Source: Escherichia coli (GTDB lineage: Bacteria > Pseudomonadota > Gammaproteobacteria > Enterobacterales > Enterobacteriaceae). Taken from it: DNA of 64,000 nt. The position numbers and the translations under genes are program-made. Below, in pieces: positions 38,146 to 46,417 of the stretch (its first letter is position 1; the number at the start of each line of letters is the position of its first letter). The notes beneath the pieces are model-generated. The model was not told the DNA's origin. It saw nothing but the letters and a program-made list of their open reading frames with translations, and made no database searches. The stretch lies in NCBI RefSeq assembly GCF_003991155.1, contig NZ_CP031294.1; one strand, given 5' to 3'.

Positions 38146-38454
38146 ATGAAATCGATATTGTTACCACCATTATTTTTACTTTGCTCAGTTGCGGCAAATG
38201 CAATGGACTATAAGCCTGTCATTCAGTCGCTGATGAATGACGTGTGCTCAACGTCTCAGAATGTATCAGTTTGCATGTATCAATTTTCGGCAGCCGTAAA
38301 AGCAGGAAAAGCGATAGGCGAGAATGTGGAACTGTGTAAGAAAGTGGCAAATGAAGAACGGGCAATGTTGGATTGCGAATCTAGCGAGTCATCGGCACAG
38401 TTCGTTGATGCGCTATTTGACACCAATCGTAAGGCTGTAGAGTCTGTTCAATAA
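38146..38454 (+). CDS. small secreted protein (signal peptide)
   Basis: MKSILLPPLFLLCSVAANA signal-peptide-like N-terminus; 102 aa. Confidence 0.5.
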   Translation: MKSILLPPLFLLCSVAANAMDYKPVIQSLMNDVCSTSQNVSVCMYQFSAAVKAGKAIGENVELCKKVANEERAMLDCESSESSAQFVDALFDTNRKAVESVQ

Positions 38455-38645
38455 ATCTATAAGGTTAATAACCGGCTAAGTCCGGTTATTATTTTTCACA
38501 TCACTTCTTTATATCTACAAATCAAATAACCTAAATATATATAAGGTCTAAAGCCGCAATCAATTATTTATTTAGGGAACACCTTCGACGATCTCGCTTT
38601 TATTTCTAGGACTTTCATCCCTGCAAAAAATTTAAAAAAAAACAC

Positions 38646-38673
38646 TTGCAATCTTTTTTCGCATATCGATAAT
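38646..38673 (+). promoter_or_regulatory. sigma70-like promoter candidate (TTGCAA-N16-GATAAT) preceded by A-tracts
   Basis: Hexamers read directly upstream of the 38739 operon; not validated. Confidence 0.4.
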
Positions 38674-38738
38674 TGAACTCGTCGAAAGCGAAGACGCTAA
38701 CGACAATAAATTTTAAATTTACATAAGGAAAAATTATC

Positions 38739-39389
38739 ATGGCTAACATTATCATTTCTAAAAAATCCATCATTGAAGCTGCTTCCATTGTATCCGATGA
38801 ACTGCGCGAAAAAGCAGATCTGGCAACTCAAACATATAACGAACATTATAAAAATGGTACGCACACTAAAGCAGACAAAGCAAATATGCAAGCTGCGACC
38901 ACTAAACTTGCTTACTTCATCAACAACGTCGTAAACGCAGTAGAAGACGAAAAATTATGCTCTGTTTTCTACTATGCGATTAAAGCAAGCAAACAAGCGC
39001 CAGAAGTATTTTTCCGTGATGCAATGACTAATAGTTATTCTCTGGAAAAACTGGTTTATCTGGTTAAATCAATTAAATCTGGTAAATGCGTTTATTCCAT
39101 CGCTGATATGTCTGGATCTCGTGTATTCGCTTTAATCGATATGATTAACGACGAGATCGACACGTTCACTAATGGCGCTGTTTTCGATTTAATGAATGAA
39201 GCTAAAAAAGCGTGTGAAATTAAATTGGACGCTGGTTATACTCAAGCCAACCAGTTGATCAATCTTTGCGAACGTCTTGGACTTGTTGAAAAAGTCAAAG
39301 GAGCTGGGAGCGCGAAAGCTGGTACTCAGCAATATCGCTTCATTAAAAATGATTTCTACAATTATTTAGCTGATGCTTTCAAAGCGTAA
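38739..39389 (+). CDS. hypothetical protein (AT-rich)
   Basis: 216 aa ORF with upstream promoter candidate and downstream hairpin. Confidence 0.55.
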   Translation: MANIIISKKSIIEAASIVSDELREKADLATQTYNEHYKNGTHTKADKANMQAATTKLAYFINNVVNAVEDEKLCSVFYYAIKASKQAPEVFFRDAMTNSYSLEKLVYLVKSIKSGKCVYSIADMSGSRVFALIDMINDEIDTFTNGAVFDLMNEAKKACEIKLDAGYTQANQLINLCERLGLVEKVKGAGSAKAGTQQYRFIKNDFYNYLADAFKA

Positions 39390-39437
39390 TTAATGGAATC
39401 AAGCGCCCACTATGGGCGCTTTAAAGGAGCTTTGAAA

Positions 39438-39641
39438 ATGGTCAGCTATGACAAGATCCGCGCGGAATATCGCGCAAAGTATCGCGCTTATAAACTAGAA
39501 TTAATCGATGATTTAATCGCGCAACGCGACCAATTAAATTTTACGTTTTCTGATTTGCTTAACAGCAAGCGAGATTGCAAGCGCAAACGTGAATACTTAC
39601 GTTTAAGCGCATTAATCGGAAAACTTCAAAATTCTATTTAA
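39438..39641 (+). CDS. small hypothetical protein
   Basis: Start at ATG preceded by AAAGGAG; ORF track version starts inside the upstream hairpin. Confidence 0.35.
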   Translation: MVSYDKIRAEYRAKYRAYKLELIDDLIAQRDQLNFTFSDLLNSKRDCKRKREYLRLSALIGKLQNSI

Positions 39642-39661
39642 TTTTTTTAAGGAGCTTAATC

Positions 39662-39892
39662 ATGTTTGTTCTTATCGCTGGCGTTAACGTCCATAACGAA
39701 TATTATGTTAATCGCATCGCTGGGATCGCTGGTTACGCTGGGCGCGCAGTCGAGTTTATCGATGAAACAACGCGTAAAATTGATTTATTGAGCGACCAGG
39801 AGCGAAAAAAAGCAGACGTGAACGACGCTGATATATTTTTAATGTTAAAAGCGTTTGTAGAAATGGGATTTAAAATCAGTTTACACAAATAA
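39662..39892 (+). CDS. small hypothetical protein
   Basis: 76 aa, SD AAGGAG upstream; followed by two tandem terminators. Confidence 0.4.
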   Translation: MFVLIAGVNVHNEYYVNRIAGIAGYAGRAVEFIDETTRKIDLLSDQERKKADVNDADIFLMLKAFVEMGFKISLHK

Positions 39893-39897
39893 AATCG

Positions 39898-39925
39898 AGC
39901 GCCCACTATGGGCGCTTTTTTCGTT
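39898..39925 (+). terminator. intrinsic terminator (gagcgcccac-tat-gggcgct + T-run); same hairpin also at 39401-39422
   Basis: Stem-loop and T6 run read directly. Confidence 0.7.
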
Positions 39926-39942
39926 TCCAATACTTCCACAAT

Positions 39943-39970
39943 AACGCGCCATTGATGGCGCGTTTTTTAT
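39943..39970 (+). terminator. second tandem intrinsic terminator (aacgcgccat-tga-tggcgcgtt + T-run)
   Basis: Stem-loop and T6 run read directly. Confidence 0.65.
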
Positions 39971-40383
39971 TGTCTTTAACTCACTCCAACAACATAAAAA
40001 TAAGCGCCAAAATAACGCCATAAACGCGCTTTTATATCCTTACCAGTACATACCCATTACTTAACACATTAACGCGCTTAAAACGCGTTATATTGCGCTA
40101 TAGCGTATGGTTAATCATTGGCTTTTAGTCTTGCTATGTGATCCGCGTTTATTTGTCGGCGCGGATCGGCATTTTGTTTTGTTCCGTATCCGCTCGCGTA
40201 TTATGTGCGCGTGATTTTTCACATAATCACACCACTTAATCACGTATGTGATTATGCTACGAAAGAAATCTGGATGTCTCAGGCGACGAAAGTCATCATA
40301 ATTTTCCCCGCTCGCCTGTCCGACAACCGCTGGTTGGATTCCACCAGCTTCCCGATGTTTTTTTCTACATAAAGGCGAATGCA

Positions 40384-40460
40384 GCCGTTTCCCGAAAAAA
40401 TCCTGGCCGTTTCCCGTCGGCTCATGAATACGTTCCTCGCCGTTTCTGAAAATTTCCCTG
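40384..40460. repeat. three iteron-like repeats GCCGTTTC(C/T)(C/G)
   Basis: gccgtttcccgaaaaaa / gccgtttcccgtcgg / gccgtttctgaaaatttccctg read directly. Confidence 0.5.
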
Positions 40461-40509
40461 CGGCAGCTGGTGGCTATAGAGAAAGGGCCGTTTCTGGCCC
40501 TCTTCTCAG

Positions 40510-40992
40510 TTACACGCCATCAAGGATGTGGATGCGGTTGCTTGCGTATACATTCAGCATAAAGTTAGCGCAAAACAGTTTCCATGTATCAACGCCAGCG
40601 GTATACGTAATGTTTTTGCATTTAATCGCATTGTTGGCGATCCGCATCCCCTGCGATACTGCTTCATCGTCGGAAAATTTGAACGACGATTGAGTTTTAA
40701 TCCAGACAGAAATCTGCGTAGCGAACTCAATCAGCTTGGACTGGCAGAATCGCCCGGAGCGCACCGGAAAGACGAACGTTCCGAATCCAGAATTTACCAC
40801 ATATGCTTTCTCAAATACCCGCGAGTAACGACGATTGCCAATGATGTCGCGTGCAATAATGCATTTTTCTTGTGCTGACAGTTCTACCGTCTCATTGTCG
40901 CGCCATGCACCAAGTACTCGTTTTTCAATGTCAGAGAACGTTACAGCGATATTGCCATGTGCGGGTGCGTTTACAGTAGCGATAAAATTCAT
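40510..40992 (-). CDS. hypothetical protein
   Basis: 160 aa; conserved family-2 box immediately upstream of start. Confidence 0.55.
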   Translation of the reverse strand: MNFIATVNAPAHGNIAVTFSDIEKRVLGAWRDNETVELSAQEKCIIARDIIGNRRYSRVFEKAYVVNSGFGTFVFPVRSGRFCQSKLIEFATQISVWIKTQSSFKFSDDEAVSQGMRIANNAIKCKNITYTAGVDTWKLFCANFMLNVYASNRIHILDGV

Positions 40993-41009
40993 GATTAATT
41001 CCTTATCGT

Positions 41010-41045
41010 AAATAACAAATTGTTTTCTTGTTGGTGTTAATTATC
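41010..41045 (-). promoter_or_regulatory. family-2 promoter/operator-like box (AACA-N3-TGTT core + TCTTGTTGG extension)
   Basis: aaataacaaattgttttcttgttggtgttaattatc read directly; about 20 bp upstream of ATG 40992. Confidence 0.6.
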
Positions 41046-41167
41046 GTTGTACGAATAAGGCGTCAAAGTGGAAAGTTGCGGTAGCCGGACGGGAACAGGT
41101 GGGTTTGTCGGTTGCCTGGAGGTAAGAGGTTGGTGTTTTTAGCCTGCGGGAAACAGGATGGTCATTT

Positions 41168-41191
41168 AAGGCCACCAGCATTGGTGGCCTT
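41168..41191. terminator. GC-rich hairpin (aaggccaccagcattggtggcctt); near-identical hairpin at 41651-41674
   Basis: Inverted repeat read directly; the two copies share flanks gtcatttaag / ccttaat. Confidence 0.45.
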
Positions 41192-41196
41192 AATCT

Positions 41197-41478
41197 TTAG
41201 TGGAGCAGACCGATGTCGATGGTATCCCCTGAATCATCCACACGGATCATCAGCATGGCAAAGGCGTTTAGTGGATAGCTTGCGTGCCATTCAGGGAAGC
41301 GGTCATCTCGCATGAAGTCGGCAATGTCGTAAACGCATCCCTCAAAGTGGAAGAATCGCGTGCTTACCTGCTCGTCATAATCCACATGATCCATTTCTTG
41401 CTGTTCTGTTTCCGGCAAGTCCAGCCATGATTCAAGAAATACATTTTGTGCTTTAGGGGTAATGGTGAAATCAGTCAT
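41197..41478 (-). CDS. small acidic hypothetical protein
   Basis: Start set at ATG 41478 with GAGGA SD; family-2 box upstream. Confidence 0.5.
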   Translation of the reverse strand: MTDFTITPKAQNVFLESWLDLPETEQQEMDHVDYDEQVSTRFFHFEGCVYDIADFMRDDRFPEWHASYPLNAFAMLMIRVDDSGDTIDIGLLH

Positions 41479-41495
41479 GAGCATATCCTCACTGC

Positions 41496-41529
41496 GTAAA
41501 CATGTTGTTTTCTTGTTGGTGTAATTATC
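41496..41529 (-). promoter_or_regulatory. family-2 promoter/operator-like box
   Basis: gtaaacatgttgttttcttgttggtgtaattatc. Confidence 0.6.
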
Positions 41530-41813
41530 GCAGTGTAGATAAGGCATAAAAGAAGTTAATACAGGCTGAATACACAAGAAAGGTTCTGGAAGTTGATAGC
41601 CAGGTTTCAAACTAACCTTCGGTTATTAAAAGTCATTTAAGACCACCAATGCTGGTGGCCTTAATAATTATCGCCCGATTACGCTAAGGATCTTTTCCTC
41701 AACTGATTTGTTGTTGCGACTAAACTGCCTTGCGTATCTGATGACAGAAGAGGCGTTTTGCTTTCTGACCATCTCGGCTCTTTCCTTCAGGCGTTTCTTG
41801 AAATCGCCCATAT

Positions 41814-42188
41814 TTACCACCAGGCGCAGAAGGTCAGTCTGTTATTGTGAAAGTCGTGGTTCTTAATCAGATCTTCCACAAGCTCTTTCAACTCCCCCAC
41901 ATCATGCCAGTAACCTTCATCGTACTCCTGACTGCCGAAGAAAAAACCTTCCCGGGTAGGCAAGTACTCTTCGCAATTACTTTCGTTTATGTGCATCAAA
42001 TGAGCCTTCAGAAAACAAATGTCATTCATCGTTAATTCTAAAAGCTCACAATTTTCGACTTCACCTACGTTGCGCTCCATCCACCCAACGAGCGCATTGA
42101 ACTTACGGAAGTAAGCAACCTGCTTTCTGGATGCCTCGTTATTCAGATCGTTTTTAGGCTGTGTCTCGATATAGATATCAAGTCCCAT
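41814..42188 (-). CDS. hypothetical protein
   Basis: Start set at ATG 42188 (MGLDIYIE) with AAGGAAA SD. Confidence 0.45.
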   Translation of the reverse strand: MGLDIYIETQPKNDLNNEASRKQVAYFRKFNALVGWMERNVGEVENCELLELTMNDICFLKAHLMHINESNCEEYLPTREGFFFGSQEYDEGYWHDVGELKELVEDLIKNHDFHNNRLTFCAWW

Positions 42189-42242
42189 GATGGTTTCCTT
42201 ATTAAGTTGCTTCAGTGAAATCATTTTCACAAATCAGATAAG

Positions 42243-42266
42243 GCAGAAAACAAATTGTTATCGGGC
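42243..42266. promoter_or_regulatory. family-2 palindrome core (agaaaacaaattgtt), inverted orientation relative to the other copies
   Basis: Read directly. Confidence 0.5.
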
Positions 42267-42305
42267 ATAAGAAAATGGCGCGGTTTACGCGCCATTCAAA
42301 GAGGA

Positions 42306-42701
42306 TTAAGCGAATACGCTTTCAGGGATTAAGGTGTCAGCAGGAATGCCGGAGGTAATGCGCAGGCCGTACTGACCAATCCAGGTAGTGTTGGTATTCA
42401 GGCTGGAGGCGAATACGGTGTTAACCATATTCATCATGGTTTCAAACACCTCTTCATCAACCTGGCGGAAGTAGTTCTCGATTTTCAGCAGCAGCGGGTC
42501 AGTTGCATCGAAAATAGACTGGTATTGAGTCGCGTACTCGCCGCCGGAGGCATCACCTTTACGCACGATCGTACTGGCCTGGACTTCGGCACCAGTTTCG
42601 GTGTTGTACGTAACAACGGTGATTTTTGCCACATTCTTACCTTCGGCGGTTTCAGAGGCATAGTAAACATCAACTGTCAGTTTTTCGCGTTTAACGGTCA
42701 T
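42306..42701 (-). CDS. hypothetical protein
   Basis: Start set at ATG 42701 (MTVKREK) with GGAGAG SD; family-1 palindrome and terminator upstream. Confidence 0.5.
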   Translation of the reverse strand: MTVKREKLTVDVYYASETAEGKNVAKITVVTYNTETGAEVQASTIVRKGDASGGEYATQYQSIFDATDPLLLKIENYFRQVDEEVFETMMNMVNTVFASSLNTNTTWIGQYGLRITSGIPADTLIPESVFA

Positions 42702-42764
42702 TTCACTCTCCGTAGTGTTTTGGTTATTTTTATATTCTATGATCGTAAGTATGTACTTACAATA

Positions 42765-42792
42765 CAAAAAAGCCCCGTAAGGATGGCGGGGC
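42765..42792 (-). terminator. intrinsic terminator (agccccg-taaggatggc-ggggct with T-run on minus strand)
   Basis: Read directly; downstream of gene 42828..43139. Confidence 0.65.
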
Positions 42793-42827
42793 TGTCGTAC
42801 TGTCGACTAATTACCACTTGCACATTA

Positions 42828-43139
42828 TCAGGCTATTGCCATCACTGATGCTCTCTGAATCTCTTGCTGGGCCACGCGGTTAACTTCCATCAAAGCCAGT
42901 TCGAGCTGATGTTCCGGCCACATTCTTTGAAATGCCACCCAGCCTTTTCCACGCTGGCGACGAACATTCATTACATAACGAGTAAAGGTGTATTTATCGA
43001 AAGACACCGCTGTTTCACGGAACAGACGAATAGAGGTTCCATTGGCAACGATGTCCAGCAAAGTTAATTGAGCAACCAGCGCAGGCTTCTCTTTTCTCTT
43101 CTGGTCTTTGTCCAGACCAAGAACCAATGATTTTTTCAT
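42828..43139 (-). CDS. hypothetical protein
   Basis: Start set at ATG 43139 (MKKSLVLG); family-2 box upstream. Confidence 0.5.
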   Translation of the reverse strand: MKKSLVLGLDKDQKRKEKPALVAQLTLLDIVANGTSIRLFRETAVSFDKYTFTRYVMNVRRQRGKGWVAFQRMWPEHQLELALMEVNRVAQQEIQRASVMAIA

Positions 43140-43147
43140 CACAACTC

Positions 43148-43186
43148 CGTAAACAACTTGTTTTCTCAATGGCGTAAATAATACCA
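43148..43186 (-). promoter_or_regulatory. family-2 promoter/operator-like box
   Basis: ccgtaaacaacttgttttctcaatggcgtaaataatacc. Confidence 0.6.
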
Positions 43187-43292
43187 GTAAGAAAACGGCT
43201 ACAAAGCATATTGATCAGGTGCATGAGCGATATGCAGGTTCTTCCCTGCGGCTATAGAGAAATTAAGCCAGCATTGCTGGCTTTGGTTAGGT

Positions 43293-43622
43293 TTACTCGA
43301 ATACTTCAAGAAACTCCTGAACGTCCCAATGCTGGACAAGGTGAAGATAGACCTTAGAAATAACATCATTCTCGCTATCGCATGTGAAGTAGTACTTCTG
43401 GCTGCGGTTGTATGTGTCCACACAAAATTCGCTCATATCCATAAAGTCAGCATCTTCACCCATGTCGCAAATCATCAAAGCAGGTGCGTCATCACGAGTC
43501 ATCAGCTCAAGCACCCACCGCGAATTGATCAGAGTGGAAGACCAACCTTCTAACTCATAAAACTGATCAAACTCTTTTTGAGTTAATTTCTTGATTTGGT
43601 TGATGTCGATATTTGCAAACAT
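43293..43622 (-). CDS. small acidic hypothetical protein
   Basis: Start set at ATG 43622 (MFANIDIN) with AAGGA SD; family-2 box upstream. Confidence 0.5.
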   Translation of the reverse strand: MFANIDINQIKKLTQKEFDQFYELEGWSSTLINSRWVLELMTRDDAPALMICDMGEDADFMDMSEFCVDTYNRSQKYYFTCDSENDVISKVYLHLVQHWDVQEFLEVFE

Positions 43623-43630
43623 AAAGCAAT

Positions 43631-43666
43631 CCTTAAACAACATGTTTTCTTGATGGTGTTATTATC
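43631..43666 (-). promoter_or_regulatory. family-2 promoter/operator-like box
   Basis: ccttaaacaacatgttttcttgatggtgttattatc. Confidence 0.6.
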
Positions 43667-43792
43667 GCAATAACGCACAGGTGAAAAAGGATTTTATTCC
43701 GGTGAATGTGGTTTTGGCAGTGAGTTTTCAGGTTCAGTACCGAGTACACTTTTTACATTATTCTGATTTAGTGGCCGAAGGTGGCTGGTGGG

Positions 43793-44125
43793 CAGAATAA
43801 TCCTCTCCCCGAAAACCTACTGAAATCGATTGTGACCCGTTGGCTGTCTGGCACAATTACGCTGTAACTGGGCATTCAGAGGGAATCCAGCGGTAAGTAA
43901 GTTCGCCTGCACGTGAGCGCCTCTCTTCTTCCCGCACATTACAGGTGGGTAGCCGCAACTCTCCCTCTCGCTATACCGGTACGCCGCCGTTCCTGAACCG
44001 GCATCGAGCCTTCTCCCGAAATCCACACAGGCAACTCGACCGTTTCCCTGAAAACCTCCAGCCGTTCCCCGAAGGCAACCCAGCCGTTTCTGTAGCGGGA
44101 TGCAACCTTTTCCCTGTATGGACCG
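43793..44125. repeat. array of about 7 iteron-like repeats (C(C/T)GTTTCCC(T)GAA-type)
   Basis: ctccccgaaaacc, cttctcccgaaatcc, ccgtttccctgaaaacc, gccgttccccgaagg, gccgtttctgtagc, ccttttccctgtatgg, gccgttcctgaacc read directly. Confidence 0.5.
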
Positions 44126-44229
44126 AAGGCTGACCGTAGGGGTGTTACGGGGGATAAAATCAGGAGTTGAATAAATACGAAAAAGGAGGCGACACCCCTC
44201 CTTCTCTCCCCACTTATACATACCTGGCT

Positions 44230-44830
44230 TCTTCGCTATACATGTTGTGTTTTATTCGTGTTTTATCTGTCTCAACCTCTCTATGGACGTTAATACTCAC
44301 TCCTTCCAGAACGTTCTATACGGCGACTAATTCTGTTGGTGAATTGGGTGTGTTGTTCTCTCTGTCGGTGTATGTGGTTTCGTTCGTTTTGCGGTGGTTC
44401 TTCTATGGGGTGTTCTCGTCGTTTTGGTGATTGTTCTTCTCCGTGTATGGAGTAATGGCAGGTGGGCGATTCCTTTCGTTATTGTGTTTGAGTTGTTTGT
44501 CTGGAGTGCGTGAAGGGCTTTTGTAGTTATTCGTGTGTTGGGTAATGGCGTTTCCCGTGATTGTTCTGTTTCGTGTCTTTTGGGATTGAGAGAAACCTTG
44601 CGGTTACAGGCTTCGTTGGGGTTTCAGTGATTCTGGTGTTTCTTCGCTGTTTGGGTAATGGCGTGTCGTGGGTATCGCGCGTATGGAAGTTTCGAATTGC
44701 CTGTGAAAGTTAGGTTGGTTGTCCGGTAGCCTGAGAAGAAGAGGTGGGTCTTTTCGGTAGCCTGCCATAAAGAGGTTGGTTGTTTTTGGTAATGGCATAT
44801 GTGTTATTTAGTTGTTTTGTTATGCCTGAA
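44230..44830. repeat. strongly strand-skewed (G+T-rich on plus strand) non-coding tract with degenerate ~60-bp repeats (ggtaatggc..., cggtagcctg...)
   Basis: Base composition and repeated words read directly; ORFs in the tract are low-complexity and rejected. Confidence 0.5.
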
Positions 44831-45036
44831 AATAAGTTGTTTATATGGTTATGTAACGCAACGGGAACGATTTTGAGCGTGTGTTTTTGTTGGTAGTGTG
44901 TTGGGTCGTCTGTGGTGAAAATTGGACGCTGTGGCGCTGTCTGCTGCGTAGAATTACGGGTATAAGCAGTGATGTGTGAAAACGTCAATTTTTTAGACCA
45001 AATCGGGTGAAAGCGTTGATGTTTCGTTGATCTGTT

Positions 45037-45074
45037 ATTCAGTTGTTTTCTTATTGGTATAAACAACTGTAACC
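45037..45074. promoter_or_regulatory. family-2-related box with split arms (cagttgttt-N12-aaacaactg)
   Basis: Read directly. Confidence 0.45.
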
Positions 45075-45176
45075 TATTGATATTTAAGGATGTGATTCCA
45101 GGCATGGAAGGGGAGTAGTGGCGATCAACGGATTCTTATAGAAAAGAATCAAATTGTGACCGCCATTATCAATGTT

Positions 45177-45911
45177 TTACTTAGTTTTGTTTAGCAGAGA
45201 GAGAATTTCATCACTAATTTCACTCGCCTGTTTGATAGCCAATGCAGTTACCTCTTCTATGGTTGGTGACTGTTGATGCTCATATTTGGTTTCGGTTATG
45301 ACAATGTGTTCTTCACCAGAATTTGCGCATAGTGCCGCATTGACGATAAGGTTTGAGTAAGAATTTAGCAGAGCACTGTTGATGAACGCTTTCACGGTAT
45401 TACTGTCTGCACCAAATACATCTTTTCTGACCGCTTCAGCCTCACAGCGAACCCCTGCAGCAACATCGTGAAGAACATGTATGGCCTTGGAGCTTGTTTG
45501 TTCACAGTACTCAATCATTATTGTCGAATTGTTCTGTTCAACAAACGATCTGATGCCTGACGATTTACCCATAGCATCGAAGGCAGCGTGACCCGCACTA
45601 GTAGAGATATCTTCATAGAGTTCTTCATCGCTATCTTTTTCTTCAGGTGTCGAGGTGTCTTCATCGTCGTAATAGATATTGCCTTTAATCAGTGTCTTGG
45701 ACACTTGATATAAACAATAAGAAACGAGATTTAAGCATTGGATTTTAGCTGTATTGTCCTTTGTCGCCTCGCTATTCAGTTCTTTCGCTTCTTCAGTAAG
45801 GCTGTTGATAAGACTTTGTATTTTTTCCAACGCGTTAGGTGCACACTCCGCGTTGTCCATAAAGAATTTATAACCAGTCCCAGGGATTTCTAAACTTTTC
45901 AACTTTTTCAT
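45177..45911 (-). CDS. hypothetical protein
   Basis: 244 aa ORF. Confidence 0.5.
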   Translation of the reverse strand: MKKLKSLEIPGTGYKFFMDNAECAPNALEKIQSLINSLTEEAKELNSEATKDNTAKIQCLNLVSYCLYQVSKTLIKGNIYYDDEDTSTPEEKDSDEELYEDISTSAGHAAFDAMGKSSGIRSFVEQNNSTIMIEYCEQTSSKAIHVLHDVAAGVRCEAEAVRKDVFGADSNTVKAFINSALLNSYSNLIVNAALCANSGEEHIVITETKYEHQQSPTIEEVTALAIKQASEISDEILSLLNKTK

Positions 45912-45956
45912 TTCTTTGATAATCCTAAAAACAAACTACCAATGCTTTAATATCTG

Positions 45957-46256
45957 TTACCAGTTCCAGCACTCAAGCCCTTCAACGACCGGCGCACCAC
46001 AATCAAAATGTACAGAGTCAAAGCCTACATCAAGTACTTTCTGAATGTTAGCAATCGCGCCTTCGGATATACCATATCGACGCAAGTCCTCTTTCCAGAC
46101 ATCATCCTGTAACCCAGCGTGGACAATACAACCGCCGTCAATTTGTGAAACCCAATCCAGCTCATTGCTTGCGATCATGAATCGGCGAGCATCTTCCTCT
46201 GATGTATGAGATGAGCTGATCAATGCCACCTGGTAGGCTTGGGTAATGTTCAACAT
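45957..46256 (-). CDS. hypothetical protein
   Basis: 99 aa; two family-2 boxes upstream. Confidence 0.5.
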   Translation of the reverse strand: MLNITQAYQVALISSSHTSEEDARRFMIASNELDWVSQIDGGCIVHAGLQDDVWKEDLRRYGISEGAIANIQKVLDVGFDSVHFDCGAPVVEGLECWNW

Positions 46257-46266
46257 TTCAACAACT

Positions 46267-46340
46267 CCGAAACAATTTGTTTTCTTATGTGGCTTATTAT
46301 CTCAATCAACAAAAGGTAGAAAACAAATTGTTTTAGGGTT
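46267..46340. promoter_or_regulatory. two facing family-2 boxes (46267-46301 and 46315-46340)
   Basis: ccgaaacaatttgttttcttatgtggcttattatc and ggtagaaaacaaattgttttagggtt. Confidence 0.55.
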
Positions 46341-46417
46341 TGTTAAAGTCAGAAGGGGTTGTGTCTATATGAAAATGCCCAGCGTGTTGCCGGGCATTGC
46401 GAACAGAGGTTGTTTAA

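Larger units (their letters stand above)
1250..46340. mobile_element. phage-like element segment (partition, lysis, siphovirus tail/head morphogenesis, packaging, early/accessory genes); true boundaries not determinable in this window
   Basis: Gene content and synteny; no integrase or att site found. Confidence 0.6.

Noticed and set aside
40379-40693. 104-aa plus-strand ORF overlapping the iteron repeats and the 40510..40992 gene
   Set aside because: Starts inside the iteron array, and the minus-strand gene has the conserved upstream box and SD; the plus ORF is probably not coding.
43793-44125. Possible CRISPR array (short repeats at semi-regular spacing)
   Set aside because: Repeats are short, degenerate and irregularly spaced, with no identical direct repeats of 24-40 bp; read as iterons, not CRISPR.
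43817-45105. ORFs 43817..44221, 43945..44133, 44167..44430, 44604..44798 and 44710..45105 in the skewed non-coding tract
   Set aside because: Translations are low-complexity and overlap each other; the region behaves as non-coding repeat DNA.
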